Both the position numbers and the translations under genes were made by a program. Source: an uncultured Candidatus Poseidoniales archaeon (lineage in GTDB: Archaea; Thermoplasmatota; Poseidoniia; Poseidoniales; Poseidoniaceae). From it: a stretch of 64,000 nucleotides of DNA. Shown piece by piece: positions 8,947-18,492 of the stretch (positions are counted from its first letter, which is position 1; each line of letters starts with the position of its first letter). The notes under the pieces are model-generated. The model was given only the letters and a program-made list of their open reading frames with translations. It had not been told where the DNA came from and ran no database searches. The stretch is from NCBI GenBank assembly GCA_902520595.1, contig CABYOM010000002.1, positions 434 through 64,433 of the forward strand. Direction: 5' to 3'.

Positions 8947-10269
8947 GTGAGTATGATGTGGAGTCGCAAATCTGCAATGTTAGGAAGCTTGGCTATTGCC
9001 ATGTATTTGCTGGGTTTAACCTTGCGAAATTCCCAACTGGTTACGATTGCGGTTGTTATCTTCGTGTTCCTCACTTGGGCTGCCTTGTTTGGCGGTCATG
9101 CTGACGTTGCCGCAACAGGCCGTCGTGCAGATGAGTGGACGGGAGAAGAAGGTGCGGCATTGAACAGTGTAAGCGCAATGCGTAAACTGTCCAGTGCTCG
9201 AATTTTCGAAGATGGAGAACTCAACATCACGCTGAGGATGCAAAACCATTCCTCTCTTGCCAAAATTCTTGAAGTTCGAGACCGTGTTCCAGAAGTTATG
9301 CGTATCAAGGATGGTGCGAATTACATTCTAATGGAATTGGGTCCACGCCGTGAAACATTCATCGAATATACCGTTGAATGCCCTCTACGAGGATTTTACA
9401 GCGTTGGTCCAGTAGCAGTCAGAATTCAAGACCCATTCGGATTGTTTCACAAGGAAAAAGAATTGCATGTCTACAACGATTTCCTTGTGTTCCCGAAAAT
9501 GGAAGACCTCAAAGAGACCTTCGTCAAATCCCGTGTTCCTAAGATTTTCACGGGTGCAGTCAACATTCGACAACCAGGGCCAGGTTCAGAATTTTATTCC
9601 CTTCGTGAATATTTCGAAGGGGATTCATTCCGAGCCATTAACTGGTCTGCTTATGCTCGTTCTGGAAGACTCATGGTGAACGAACGCGAACGTGATGCTG
9701 TTTCAGACATCATCATTATTGTTGACTCTCGCTCAGTAGCTGAGACAGGACCTGTTTCCAGAAATGCATTGGTCTATTCCACACGTGCTGCCGCTTCATT
9801 AGCGAAATATTTCCTTGGCCGCAGAGATTCTGTTGGTGTCATTGTCTATGGCGATGAAGTTGTCAGTGTCGACCGAGATACTGGCAAGAAGCAACTCTAT
9901 GTGATTTTAACGAAACTCGCTGGTGCAGTTGCTCGTGGTAACATTCCATTGCAAGTTGTCGTCAACCGTATTTTGCCGCACATCAACAAAGGTAGCCCAA
10001 TCATCTTCTTGTCGAATCTTGAAGACGATCCAACGATTGTCAATGCTTTGCGTGATTTCAGAGCTCGAAATTTCGATGTTACGGTTCTTACGCCTTCATC
10101 ACTTGAGTTTGAATTCGATGCCCGTCGTATCGACCGTACTGGCTATGAAGTCATGAAGACTGAGCGAGATGTTCTCATCAGCGAACTTCGTGGACTTGGT
10201 GTCAATATCATGGATTGGGAGCCGGATATGTTGCTCTCTACTGCACTTGCTGGGGCAAGAGGATTTTGA
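8947..10269 (+). CDS. DUF58 domain protein (vWA-like MoxR partner)
   Basis: EFYSLREYFEGDSFRAINWSAYAR, IIVDSRS and RDSVGVIVY motifs; N-terminal TMs; follows moxR. Confidence 0.9.
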   Translation: MSMMWSRKSAMLGSLAIAMYLLGLTLRNSQLVTIAVVIFVFLTWAALFGGHADVAATGRRADEWTGEEGAALNSVSAMRKLSSARIFEDGELNITLRMQNHSSLAKILEVRDRVPEVMRIKDGANYILMELGPRRETFIEYTVECPLRGFYSVGPVAVRIQDPFGLFHKEKELHVYNDFLVFPKMEDLKETFVKSRVPKIFTGAVNIRQPGPGSEFYSLREYFEGDSFRAINWSAYARSGRLMVNERERDAVSDIIIIVDSRSVAETGPVSRNALVYSTRAAASLAKYFLGRRDSVGVIVYGDEVVSVDRDTGKKQLYVILTKLAGAVARGNIPLQVVVNRILPHINKGSPIIFLSNLEDDPTIVNALRDFRARNFDVTVLTPSSLEFEFDARRIDRTGYEVMKTERDVLISELRGLGVNIMDWEPDMLLSTALAGARGF

Positions 10270-10278
10270 GGTGAGAAT

Positions 10279-11205
10279 ATGACTGTATCACGACCATCAA
10301 GCGACACTGCCCACTTGTATGACGGTAAGACGGTTCGTTCAGCTGCACCTTCTCGAAAGAAGATTGCCGGACAAATCGGTTCAGGAAGTGAAATTCCCAA
10401 GGACGCTATTCCTGAAGTTGAAATTCCATCATTTATTGAAAGCCTTCTCGGCGGACCATTGGTGCCAAAGACCAAGTTCTTACCACCTGCTAAGATGGTT
10501 CAAAATCTTCAACTCGGCGTCTATGGTATTCTTGTTGCACTCGCCTTACTCACCTACATGATCTCTCCAGCCGAGGGAACTATTTGGTACATGATTACGG
10601 GAAGTCTAGGTGTTGCTACCGTGCTTCAATTGATTCTTATCGCCGGTGCAACTGGCACTGGCTTTTGGGGGACATTCCAGCGTGATGGTCGTTTTACACT
10701 CGCGAGCAATTTGATGTTCATACTTGCAATTCTGCGCTTTGCATCATCGAAAGTCACTCTTTCCAATGACCTCTTTGGTCTTCAAGATAAACCGTTTTTA
10801 CTCTCCGCACTTGTTGTTATCTATGCTGTGCTCTTAATCATGTATTTCGAACTCACGAACGGTGTCCTTCGCTATTCGATGCTTGACACGAGTATTCGAA
10901 CAAACGAGGTTTACGTTATGAACCCTCAGAAAATTGTTGGGAAATACCATCGTTCACTTCTCATCAACCCTATTATCGCAACTCTCCTTGCAACAGTCGT
11001 TCTTTCAGCAAATACAATTCTCCCGTTCTTCGTTGGTATCCTCTCTCAGGATACAGCTCTGCGTATGGAAGAGTCTGTTGAGTTGATTTCAGTGTATGGT
11101 GTTGCACTTGGGACTTTCTTCGTGTTCTGTGTCGTTGGCGGCCTGTTCGCACTGAATCTGCCTACACATTTGCAAAGCTTCCGAGAAAAGCGGGCAGAAG
11201 ACTAA
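10279..11205 (+). CDS. Multi-pass membrane protein of unknown function, last gene of the MoxR operon
   Basis: About six hydrophobic segments; GAGGTGA RBS. Confidence 0.7.
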   Translation: MTVSRPSSDTAHLYDGKTVRSAAPSRKKIAGQIGSGSEIPKDAIPEVEIPSFIESLLGGPLVPKTKFLPPAKMVQNLQLGVYGILVALALLTYMISPAEGTIWYMITGSLGVATVLQLILIAGATGTGFWGTFQRDGRFTLASNLMFILAILRFASSKVTLSNDLFGLQDKPFLLSALVVIYAVLLIMYFELTNGVLRYSMLDTSIRTNEVYVMNPQKIVGKYHRSLLINPIIATLLATVVLSANTILPFFVGILSQDTALRMEESVELISVYGVALGTFFVFCVVGGLFALNLPTHLQSFREKRAED

Positions 11206-12524
11206 ACTTCTACTGCGAGTTGTAAATAATTCGCTAGCGTTTTGAGCATTGAGTGTATTTCGTTGTTTTTGGAAATTAACCTGATTGCATGATCGTTAAC
11301 GGATAAGAGCTCAACATCAAGAATTTGTTTTATTTTGTCGGTGAGCATAACTTCCGAATCTTCTGGTAGCTTATTCCCAACCAATGAAAACATGACTCCA
11401 TATTCAAAGGTAGAGGCTTTGTCAAAGTAAGTAGAAACAATACTCTTTGCTATCTTAAGGTCATGTTGAGAAACAATCCAGGAGATACTACCGGGGTTTG
11501 ATTCCAAGTCCCAGCAAGGAATGTTCTCTTCCGCAAACTCAACCAAAACACGACCCAAGTTTTCACTTTGGACTTCAAGAGAAGGCGACTGAACGGTTAT
11601 TCTGACAACGTTTGGTAAACATCCAATCGCTTTTACCCTCCGAGTTTGATGTAAGTCAGGCCCGATAATTGTCGAGGCTTTTTCCTTTACCACTCCACGT
11701 AAGTCGCGAATTTCCAGCGGGATACCTATACTTCGTAGAGGTTCAACGGTTGCAGGATGCAAAACAGGTGTATCCAACCGAGACAGTTCAACAGCTTCTC
11801 CATATCCAAGATAAGGGATAGGTTGTGATGAAATCCCCCAACGAGGATTCAAGGGTAATACTCCGTCAACATCTTTCCATAAAATGACCTTATCTGCATC
11901 GATGAGGCGGGCTATTGAAGTTGCAGTGTGATCGCTCCCTCCACGTCCAAGTAATGCCAACTCTCCATCAGAGCCTTCACCAAACCAGCCGGTAATTACC
12001 GGTGTTCCAAAAAGAGCACTGCGATCTAATTGCTTCATAGAAGTCTCAATATCAACCATTGGTGCTCTGTTCACTCCCTTGAGTTTTAATCCAATATCTT
12101 CAGCACCAACTGGATGTGCTTGAATGCCTAACTTCTGTAAATGGTGAGCGACAACCAATGCGGAAAGGCGTTCTCCGGCTGCTAGCAACCGGTTGATTGC
12201 ACTCCATTCTTGTGGATCTCGAGATAATTCATCAAGTGAACGTTCTATCCCTCTCAATACCGCTTTGAACAACTCTGCATTTTCGCCTTCGATTAATCCC
12301 GGTGCAAAGCGAAGATGCTGACGTGAAAGGTCATTCACCAATCGACTCGCATATCGCGGCTCTTTACTCGCCCGCATCAATCGGTCAGTCGTTCCCCAAA
12401 GTGCTGAGACGACAAGGACTGATTTTCCAGGCCAATGTTGAATCACTTCTGCAATGCGATTCAAATCTGAAATATCTCGTAGGCAAGAGCCTCCAAACTT
12501 GTGAACAGTCATTGATTTAATCAT
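11202..12524 (-). CDS. lysC: Aspartate kinase
   Basis: VHKFGGSC, VVSALWGTTD, LGRGGSDHTAT, WKDVDG and VLHPAT motifs; degenerate C-terminal ACT-like region. Confidence 0.88.
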   Translation of the reverse strand: MIKSMTVHKFGGSCLRDISDLNRIAEVIQHWPGKSVLVVSALWGTTDRLMRASKEPRYASRLVNDLSRQHLRFAPGLIEGENAELFKAVLRGIERSLDELSRDPQEWSAINRLLAAGERLSALVVAHHLQKLGIQAHPVGAEDIGLKLKGVNRAPMVDIETSMKQLDRSALFGTPVITGWFGEGSDGELALLGRGGSDHTATSIARLIDADKVILWKDVDGVLPLNPRWGISSQPIPYLGYGEAVELSRLDTPVLHPATVEPLRSIGIPLEIRDLRGVVKEKASTIIGPDLHQTRRVKAIGCLPNVVRITVQSPSLEVQSENLGRVLVEFAEENIPCWDLESNPGSISWIVSQHDLKIAKSIVSTYFDKASTFEYGVMFSLVGNKLPEDSEVMLTDKIKQILDVELLSVNDHAIRLISKNNEIHSMLKTLANYLQLAVEV

Positions 12525-13608
12525 CGAGAAAACCTCCACGTAAAGCAAGGTCACAAAGAACAAGTTTGGCCATTGATTCGACCACTGCTACTGCTCGAGG
12601 CCCTAACACAGGGTCATGACGCCCTCCAACAACCAACGGTTCAATGGTGTTTTTTTCGAGATTTAGCGTGTTTTGTTTTGCAGCAATACTTGATGGCGGC
12701 TTGAAAGCAACAGAAACATGAATCGGTGAACCCGTCGCCAGACCGGCAATTACCCCATCAGGCTTCTCGCCAGTTAATATTGGGTTTTCTGCCGTTCCAC
12801 CCCACGGGTCGTTGTGTTCTAAACCGGTCATTTTCACCACTCCAAAACCACGCCCAAACGTCACTCCACGAGCGGCAGGAATCGCAATCATCGCACGAGC
12901 CAGAGCCGGCTCAAGACCGTCAAACCATGGTTCGCCCAACCCGAGCGGTAAGCCAGATATTTGCAGGTCGACGCGACTGCCAATTGAATTTCTCTGCATT
13001 CGATGTTGTTCAACAGTTTCGACCATAGCAAGGGCTGCAACAGGGTCTCGACAGCGCATTTCCTTACTGGCTTCATTTCCCCATCGAGGAGGGCATTGGT
13101 TCATTTCTTTGGCTTCTATTTGTCCAATGGCGCCTACATGCGCTTCACATACGACATTTAGCTTGTTGAGCAGAGGTGAAAGCAGCGCTGCAGAAGCAAC
13201 CAATGCTGCTGTTAATCGGGCGGAGGAACTCCCTCCTCCACGCAAGTCTGCATCTCCGTTCGTACGCTTGTGCATGACCATATCTTGGTGACCCGGGCGT
13301 GGATGTGCTGGTAAGAAACTGTAGTCTCGTGTTCTTGCATCTTTGTTGGCTATTGAGATTTCAATTTCCTCACCAGTCGTTTTTCCATCAGCAACACCGG
13401 TCCGAAATTCAACAACATCAGGTTCCCTGCGCTTACTCGCATATCGCCCACCGGGTCGGCGTGAAGCCATAGCCAGTTCGATGGCATCAGAGTCAATTTC
13501 AATACCTGCAGGGACACCATTGAGCAGTGCACCGACACGAGGCCCGTGACTTGTCCCAAAAAGGGTGAGTCGAATCCTTTCTCCGAGGTGCATATGCATT
13601 GGACTCAT
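12517..13608 (-). CDS. aroC: Chorismate synthase
   Basis: FGTSHG, RRPG, PRPGHQD, RGGGSSSARLT, FKPPSSI and GRHDP motifs; start uncertain (13593-13632). Confidence 0.95.
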   Translation of the reverse strand: MSPMHMHLGERIRLTLFGTSHGPRVGALLNGVPAGIEIDSDAIELAMASRRPGGRYASKRREPDVVEFRTGVADGKTTGEEIEISIANKDARTRDYSFLPAHPRPGHQDMVMHKRTNGDADLRGGGSSSARLTAALVASAALLSPLLNKLNVVCEAHVGAIGQIEAKEMNQCPPRWGNEASKEMRCRDPVAALAMVETVEQHRMQRNSIGSRVDLQISGLPLGLGEPWFDGLEPALARAMIAIPAARGVTFGRGFGVVKMTGLEHNDPWGGTAENPILTGEKPDGVIAGLATGSPIHVSVAFKPPSSIAAKQNTLNLEKNTIEPLVVGGRHDPVLGPRAVAVVESMAKLVLCDLALRGGFLDD

Positions 13609-13628
13609 CCATTCGAGCCACCCTCCCT

Positions 13629-14531
13629 TCAAGAAGGTGCGTCTTCACTCTCTTCTTCATTGCTCAGAAAAGATGTTTGAATCACTTTGGTCACTTCTTT
13701 GTTCGATTCGAACAAGTGAAGAAGCCTTTCACAAGTTGGTTTACTGACTTTTGGAGCGATGACTACAATGGCGTTCCCTGAACCACTCATACCTGCTGCA
13801 CGTGCCCCATTTAGAATCGCATCATTGGTAATTTTACGGCCCTGAACATCGTTCATCACCGCTACAGTACCTCGCCCATTCCAAGTTAAGGCAACCAACT
13901 CGTTCATTTCTTGTAATGCTTCAAGTGCATTTTGATAGGCGCTTGTGTGAGGTACAAAATCTTCCAGTGTCGGCCGTTTTTTTCGCTCTTCTCGGCATAC
14001 GATCATAACAACCCAATCCTCTGTGTTTGGACCATTTCCTTCAAACAAAACCCCTTCAGAAATACTTTCCGCTTGCGGATCAATCAGTTTCCATCCAGTG
14101 GTTAAACACGCCCAAGCATCATCTATTGAACCGGTAATCGATACATTAGATTCGATTTGCGCTTGTGCAGCCATAGCAACATATTCTTCATCGCTCACTT
14201 CAGTTTGTGTGGCATCCGCGAGAGCTCGAAGTGCAGCAATGGATAATGCAGCGCTTGATTTGAGTCCTTGACGAGGGGGGATTTGACTCATAACAGCCCA
14301 ATGTAAATCTTCTTTTTCCAGTTCATTTGGAAACTTAAAACCTCCAGCAATCCAAGCATCAAGGATTGCGGGGAGTAATTCATCGGGGTCCTTGACATCT
14401 CGTTTACTGGGTTTGTCGAGTAGACGTACGGCCAACGGTAAATCGACACCTATACTTGCTCCATACCCTAGGCCGGCGGCATGGAGTAAACTGCAACCTC
14501 CATGAGCATTTCCAGAACCGAGTATCGCCAT
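13629..14531 (-). CDS. aroK: Archaeal GHMP-type shikimate kinase
   Basis: IPPRQGLKSSAA, SITGSIDDAWA and AAGMSGSG motifs; aro cluster context. Confidence 0.88.
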   Translation of the reverse strand: MAILGSGNAHGGCSLLHAAGLGYGASIGVDLPLAVRLLDKPSKRDVKDPDELLPAILDAWIAGGFKFPNELEKEDLHWAVMSQIPPRQGLKSSAALSIAALRALADATQTEVSDEEYVAMAAQAQIESNVSITGSIDDAWACLTTGWKLIDPQAESISEGVLFEGNGPNTEDWVVMIVCREERKKRPTLEDFVPHTSAYQNALEALQEMNELVALTWNGRGTVAVMNDVQGRKITNDAILNGARAAGMSGSGNAIVVIAPKVSKPTCERLLHLFESNKEVTKVIQTSFLSNEEESEDAPS

Positions 14532-14535
14532 GCTA

Positions 14536-15564
14536 TCATCTCTCAGCAACAGCACTTGAGATTGGAGCACCTATGTGCCTCGATCCCGTGTCGCTCCAGC
14601 CGATGACAATATCTCCAGTTTTCAATGCAGTAATTGACTTGGTTTTCTTGTCGAGCCCGACGACGCGTACCGTCTCTGCTTGTTGTAAGAACATGTTCCC
14701 TTCTTTATTATTTTCATCAATCCATTTCACTAGAATCATTGGCCTCAATTCGATTTTCAAGCGACCAACAGTTGCACTACGTTGCCTACCCTCTGTATTT
14801 ACCACATGAATTTCATCACCTGAACGCAGTTCAGATAGGTATTTTGTCATTCCATTCGCCATTCGAATGTAGGCATGGGGAGGGCCTGCGTTAACGCGGA
14901 ACGGGCGCGTTGGAACAAACTCTGAATCGAGTGTTTCACCGTGAACAAAAAGAAAACTCGAAGCACTTGAACCGAGTAAAAGACCTTCACCATCTTCAAG
15001 TAAACTCGTCATGTCAATGCAATAACGTTCTGCAGTTCCACCGGACTCTATTGAAGTAATTCTTAAACTCCCTAAACCGACATGCCCAGATTGTAATTCA
15101 ACCTCGGATTCAATGTTGTCTTTTCTCTCCAATCGTTGAGACTTGATAATTAAGGCAGCCTCAATCATTTCCGTTGAGGATGGTATCACCAATGCGTCAA
15201 CACCTTTTTGCAGTGCAAAACCGGCACCTTGAGCCTGTTCAGGTGTGGAAAGAACGGCTGCTATTTTAGTAGGCGTTCCTTCACAAGCAGCAATTATATT
15301 TTCAATTGGAATCATCGACCAGTCGGAGAAATCAATCACGAGCCACTCGACACTGCCTACCAAAGAGCGAGCATAGTCCTGTGTTATTTCAGAGTTTATT
15401 GTTACTAAGGCGCCAACGACTTTTTCATTTGACATAATTCGATTTCCATCGCAGTAAAAATCGTCTGGATTTTTAATACTTTGAGCAAAAAGGCGGCGGT
15501 CTATTCCTTCCTTGACATCGTTTGAGGATTCTATAGAATTGCGGCAGTCAGTCCACACTTCCAT
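14536..15564 (-). CDS. aroB': 3-dehydroquinate synthase II
   Basis: WSMIPIENIIA, RPFRVNAG, TKYLSELRSGD, GRLKIELRP and LQQAETVR motifs. Confidence 0.93.
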   Translation of the reverse strand: MEVWTDCRNSIESSNDVKEGIDRRLFAQSIKNPDDFYCDGNRIMSNEKVVGALVTINSEITQDYARSLVGSVEWLVIDFSDWSMIPIENIIAACEGTPTKIAAVLSTPEQAQGAGFALQKGVDALVIPSSTEMIEAALIIKSQRLERKDNIESEVELQSGHVGLGSLRITSIESGGTAERYCIDMTSLLEDGEGLLLGSSASSFLFVHGETLDSEFVPTRPFRVNAGPPHAYIRMANGMTKYLSELRSGDEIHVVNTEGRQRSATVGRLKIELRPMILVKWIDENNKEGNMFLQQAETVRVVGLDKKTKSITALKTGDIVIGWSDTGSRHIGAPISSAVAER

Positions 15565-15573
15565 GCCAACACC

Positions 15574-16371
15574 TCACAGTCCACAACTTACCATTGCGTT
15601 TTGAACGGTGGAATCTTCATGAACGAGCATGACTAAAGCTCTGGCAATTGCCTCAACGTTTGGATGAGCAAAAACCTGTCTTCCCATGCAAATTCCTGAT
15701 GCGCCAGCATCAAGTGCTTGACGGACCATCGTCAATATTTCAAGCGAATTGCCGGTTGCAGGACCTCCTGCTACAAGGACCGGAATTGGGGCTGCAGAAG
15801 ATATTTTTCGAAAACTGTCTTGACTTCCAGTCCACGTCGTTTTCGCAGCATCACAGCCCAGTTCAAAAGCAAGACGAACAGCATGTGCATTGGCGTTTGT
15901 ATCATCGCCTTCCATGATGGAAAGGTGTTCACCACGTGCATAAACCATACCGAACATGGGTAAGTCGTGGTGCAATGCATCCCTGCTCATCTTCCCCATA
16001 CGTTCAACCATCGATGCTTCATTTGGGCTACCCATGTTTACTTGACAAGAGACACCAATTCCTCCCCTTTTGAGGACTTCATCAGCATTTCCAACGATGA
16101 CTTTGTTTGCAGCGTCTGGACCTGCATGACGTGTTGATACTGAGAAATGGACGACCATGTCGGTTGTTGAGCCTTCGCACAGGTGGCTGTAATGACTTAC
16201 AACTCCCTTTTGTGCTACGATTGCATCTACTCCTGCACGGACTAAGGCACTGATTACATGCTCGGTATCAGTCAGGCCTTCCACAGGAAAATCCGACGCA
16301 CCGTGATCGATTGGGATCCAAACTCCCCGTCCATTTGGGAGCAGGGAATTCAATCGCGTGGCCTTGTCCAT
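15574..16371 (-). CDS. aroA': 2-amino-3,7-dideoxy-D-threo-hept-6-ulosonate synthase (class I aldolase)
   Basis: IPIDHG, MVYARG, RLAFELGCDAAKT, VLVAGGP and GRQVF motifs; adjacent to DHQS II. Confidence 0.9.
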   Translation of the reverse strand: MDKATRLNSLLPNGRGVWIPIDHGASDFPVEGLTDTEHVISALVRAGVDAIVAQKGVVSHYSHLCEGSTTDMVVHFSVSTRHAGPDAANKVIVGNADEVLKRGGIGVSCQVNMGSPNEASMVERMGKMSRDALHHDLPMFGMVYARGEHLSIMEGDDTNANAHAVRLAFELGCDAAKTTWTGSQDSFRKISSAAPIPVLVAGGPATGNSLEILTMVRQALDAGASGICMGRQVFAHPNVEAIARALVMLVHEDSTVQNAMVSCGL

Positions 16372-16412
16372 GGTTCCGGGAAAACACGCTGGTTCTCAAG
16401 GTTTCGCACACA

Positions 16413-17054
16413 TTATTCGTTATCCATTTGCTCGCTGGACCACTTCATCATTGCTAATTCAGCACGATTAAGGTGTTCTTGAAGGGTCGAGCGAGGTATT
16501 TTCATCAATTCAGAGAGTTCTCGCAATTTGATTTGCTTCGGGTGGTCGTAATATCCAGAAGAGGCAGCTACTTTGACACATTCTATCTGGCGGGGAGTCA
16601 AAATACCTTCAATTATAGTTTTATTATCGCCCATTTCTACAACCTTGACCACATCTGGGGGAAGTAGTTGGCGACAGATTTTCAAAAAGTTTGAGACGCC
16701 GGCAGGCACACCACGAACAGTAAGGGTTATTCCATCTCCACCATAGGTATAGGGTGGCATGATGTGAATATCTGAAAAATGGATGGCTGCAATAGAAAGA
16801 GGATGTGAATTCCATACCACCAAATAACCACTTTGACCGCCTCCGAGTTCTGATTCAACAGTCAAAAATGGAACCTCATCCAAATCCTGTACTCCTTTCC
16901 CTTCACAGAAGTCTGGCAAAATTAATTGGCGAATGCCCTTTTCCCCAATGTCAAGGTGGCCAACAACCTCCAAAGAATGCGCAATTTTAGCAATTGGGGC
17001 GTATTCTGAGTTCGCCACAGTCTCCGCAGTCCACTTTAAGTGAATTTCTCGCAT
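16413..17054 (-). CDS. HTH-10 (bacterio-opsin activator type) transcription regulator
   Basis: C-terminal LTPRQIECVKVAASSGYYDHPKQIKLRELSELMKIPRSTLQEHLNRAE. Confidence 0.88.
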   Translation of the reverse strand: MREIHLKWTAETVANSEYAPIAKIAHSLEVVGHLDIGEKGIRQLILPDFCEGKGVQDLDEVPFLTVESELGGGQSGYLVVWNSHPLSIAAIHFSDIHIMPPYTYGGDGITLTVRGVPAGVSNFLKICRQLLPPDVVKVVEMGDNKTIIEGILTPRQIECVKVAASSGYYDHPKQIKLRELSELMKIPRSTLQEHLNRAELAMMKWSSEQMDNE

Positions 17055-17196
17055 AAACGACCCTCCCGTAGCAGAGATATAAAATCAAAGGCAGTAAAAT
17101 CAAACCATCTCATACACTTAATGTCGTTAAAATTTCACTTCTTTGATAAAAATACCAACCGATGTTACAAAAGACTAGCACCTCCTGCGAGTATCA

Positions 17197-18441
17197 ATGG
17201 CAGTTGAGACCATCGTAACTTCGATAGCCTTAGTAGGGGGTTTTGTTGTTGGTTTATGGTATATTTTCACGCGTAAAGACGTGGCAATATCTGCCCGTCA
17301 AGGTTTGAATCCTGAAGGACTGCGATATGGCTCTGGCGCTCCGGGTTTTGGAAGTGCAAAGAAAGAAATCGATCGTAAACTTGCACTCGTTGAGAACCGT
17401 CGTCGTCGCCAGGAAGCAATTTCCAGCAGGATGGCGGCTGAAAATGCCGAAAGACTTGCACGTGAACAACTTCAACAATCTCGAGCCCAACAAGAAGCTG
17501 AACGGCTACAGATGATGGAAGATGCACGTATTGCAGCTCAAGAAGAAGCCCGCTTAGCCTCTGAAGCTGCCCAGAAAGTTCGTGACCAGCAAGATGAGGC
17601 TCGCCGACGTGAAGAAGAAGAAGCTCGCCTTGCAATTGAACGTGAGAATCAACGACAAGCAGACTTCTTGGCTTCTGAAGAATCCCGACTTGCTGAAATT
17701 GCTGCCGCTCAACAACAGCAGGTTGCTTCATCCACTTCGAATTCCAAAGCAATCAAAGAACTGCAAGCACGTTTAGCCCGTGAAGGAGCTAAATCTTCCG
17801 ATGTTCAAGTCTCTTTGATGTGGAATAATTACAATGATCTTGATCTACACATCGTTTGCCCTTCCGGTGAACGTATTCACGGAGGAAACAAAATCTCTGC
17901 ATGCGGTGGAGAACTCGATGTTGATGCCAATGTGCGTGCAGAGACCCGTAAACCGGTCGAGAACGTCTTTTGGCCTGAAGGAACTGCTCCGAGTGGCCAA
18001 TACCATGTTTATGTTCACTATTACAAGAAACACAAGAAGCGACGTTCAAAAGACCCGACGAAGTTCCAAATCATGCTCAATAACGGTGGAGAAACGACCG
18101 AATATTCTGCTGAACTCAGTAAGGGTGACCCGATCATGCAAGTTTGCTCTTTTGATGTCTCATCTAATGAAGAACGCGAACTCTTGAAGAGAGAACTTGA
18201 AACAGAATTGGATGCACTGAAAAACAGATTTATCGATGCAGATATTGATGGTAGTGCTCGACTCTCTGTTGAAGAACTGGCTGAGGCCACAGGTATGTCT
18301 CTTGAGGAAGCAGAAATTATTCACAAGAAGGCTGACAAAGACGGCGATGGCACAATCTCGCTTGATGAATACCTTTCAGCATCACAAGTTCCGAGTGCTC
18401 CTGACTTAGAATCACTGAGCACTGATGAATCCTCAGAATGA
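17197..18441 (+). CDS. Membrane-anchored protein: TM, coiled coil, YfaP/DUF2135-like domain and C-terminal EF-hand pair
   Basis: N-terminal TM; E/A/R/Q-rich helix; VSLMWNNYNDLDLHIVCPSGE...LDVDAN...VENVFW; loops DIDGSARLSVEE and DKDGDGTISLDE. Confidence 0.8.
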   Translation: MAVETIVTSIALVGGFVVGLWYIFTRKDVAISARQGLNPEGLRYGSGAPGFGSAKKEIDRKLALVENRRRRQEAISSRMAAENAERLAREQLQQSRAQQEAERLQMMEDARIAAQEEARLASEAAQKVRDQQDEARRREEEEARLAIERENQRQADFLASEESRLAEIAAAQQQQVASSTSNSKAIKELQARLAREGAKSSDVQVSLMWNNYNDLDLHIVCPSGERIHGGNKISACGGELDVDANVRAETRKPVENVFWPEGTAPSGQYHVYVHYYKKHKKRRSKDPTKFQIMLNNGGETTEYSAELSKGDPIMQVCSFDVSSNEERELLKRELETELDALKNRFIDADIDGSARLSVEELAEATGMSLEEAEIIHKKADKDGDGTISLDEYLSASQVPSAPDLESLSTDESSE

Positions 18442-18492
18442 GGAAGAGTTCGTTGCCTAAAGATTCGTTCTCGACAGATGCAACAGTTTGTT

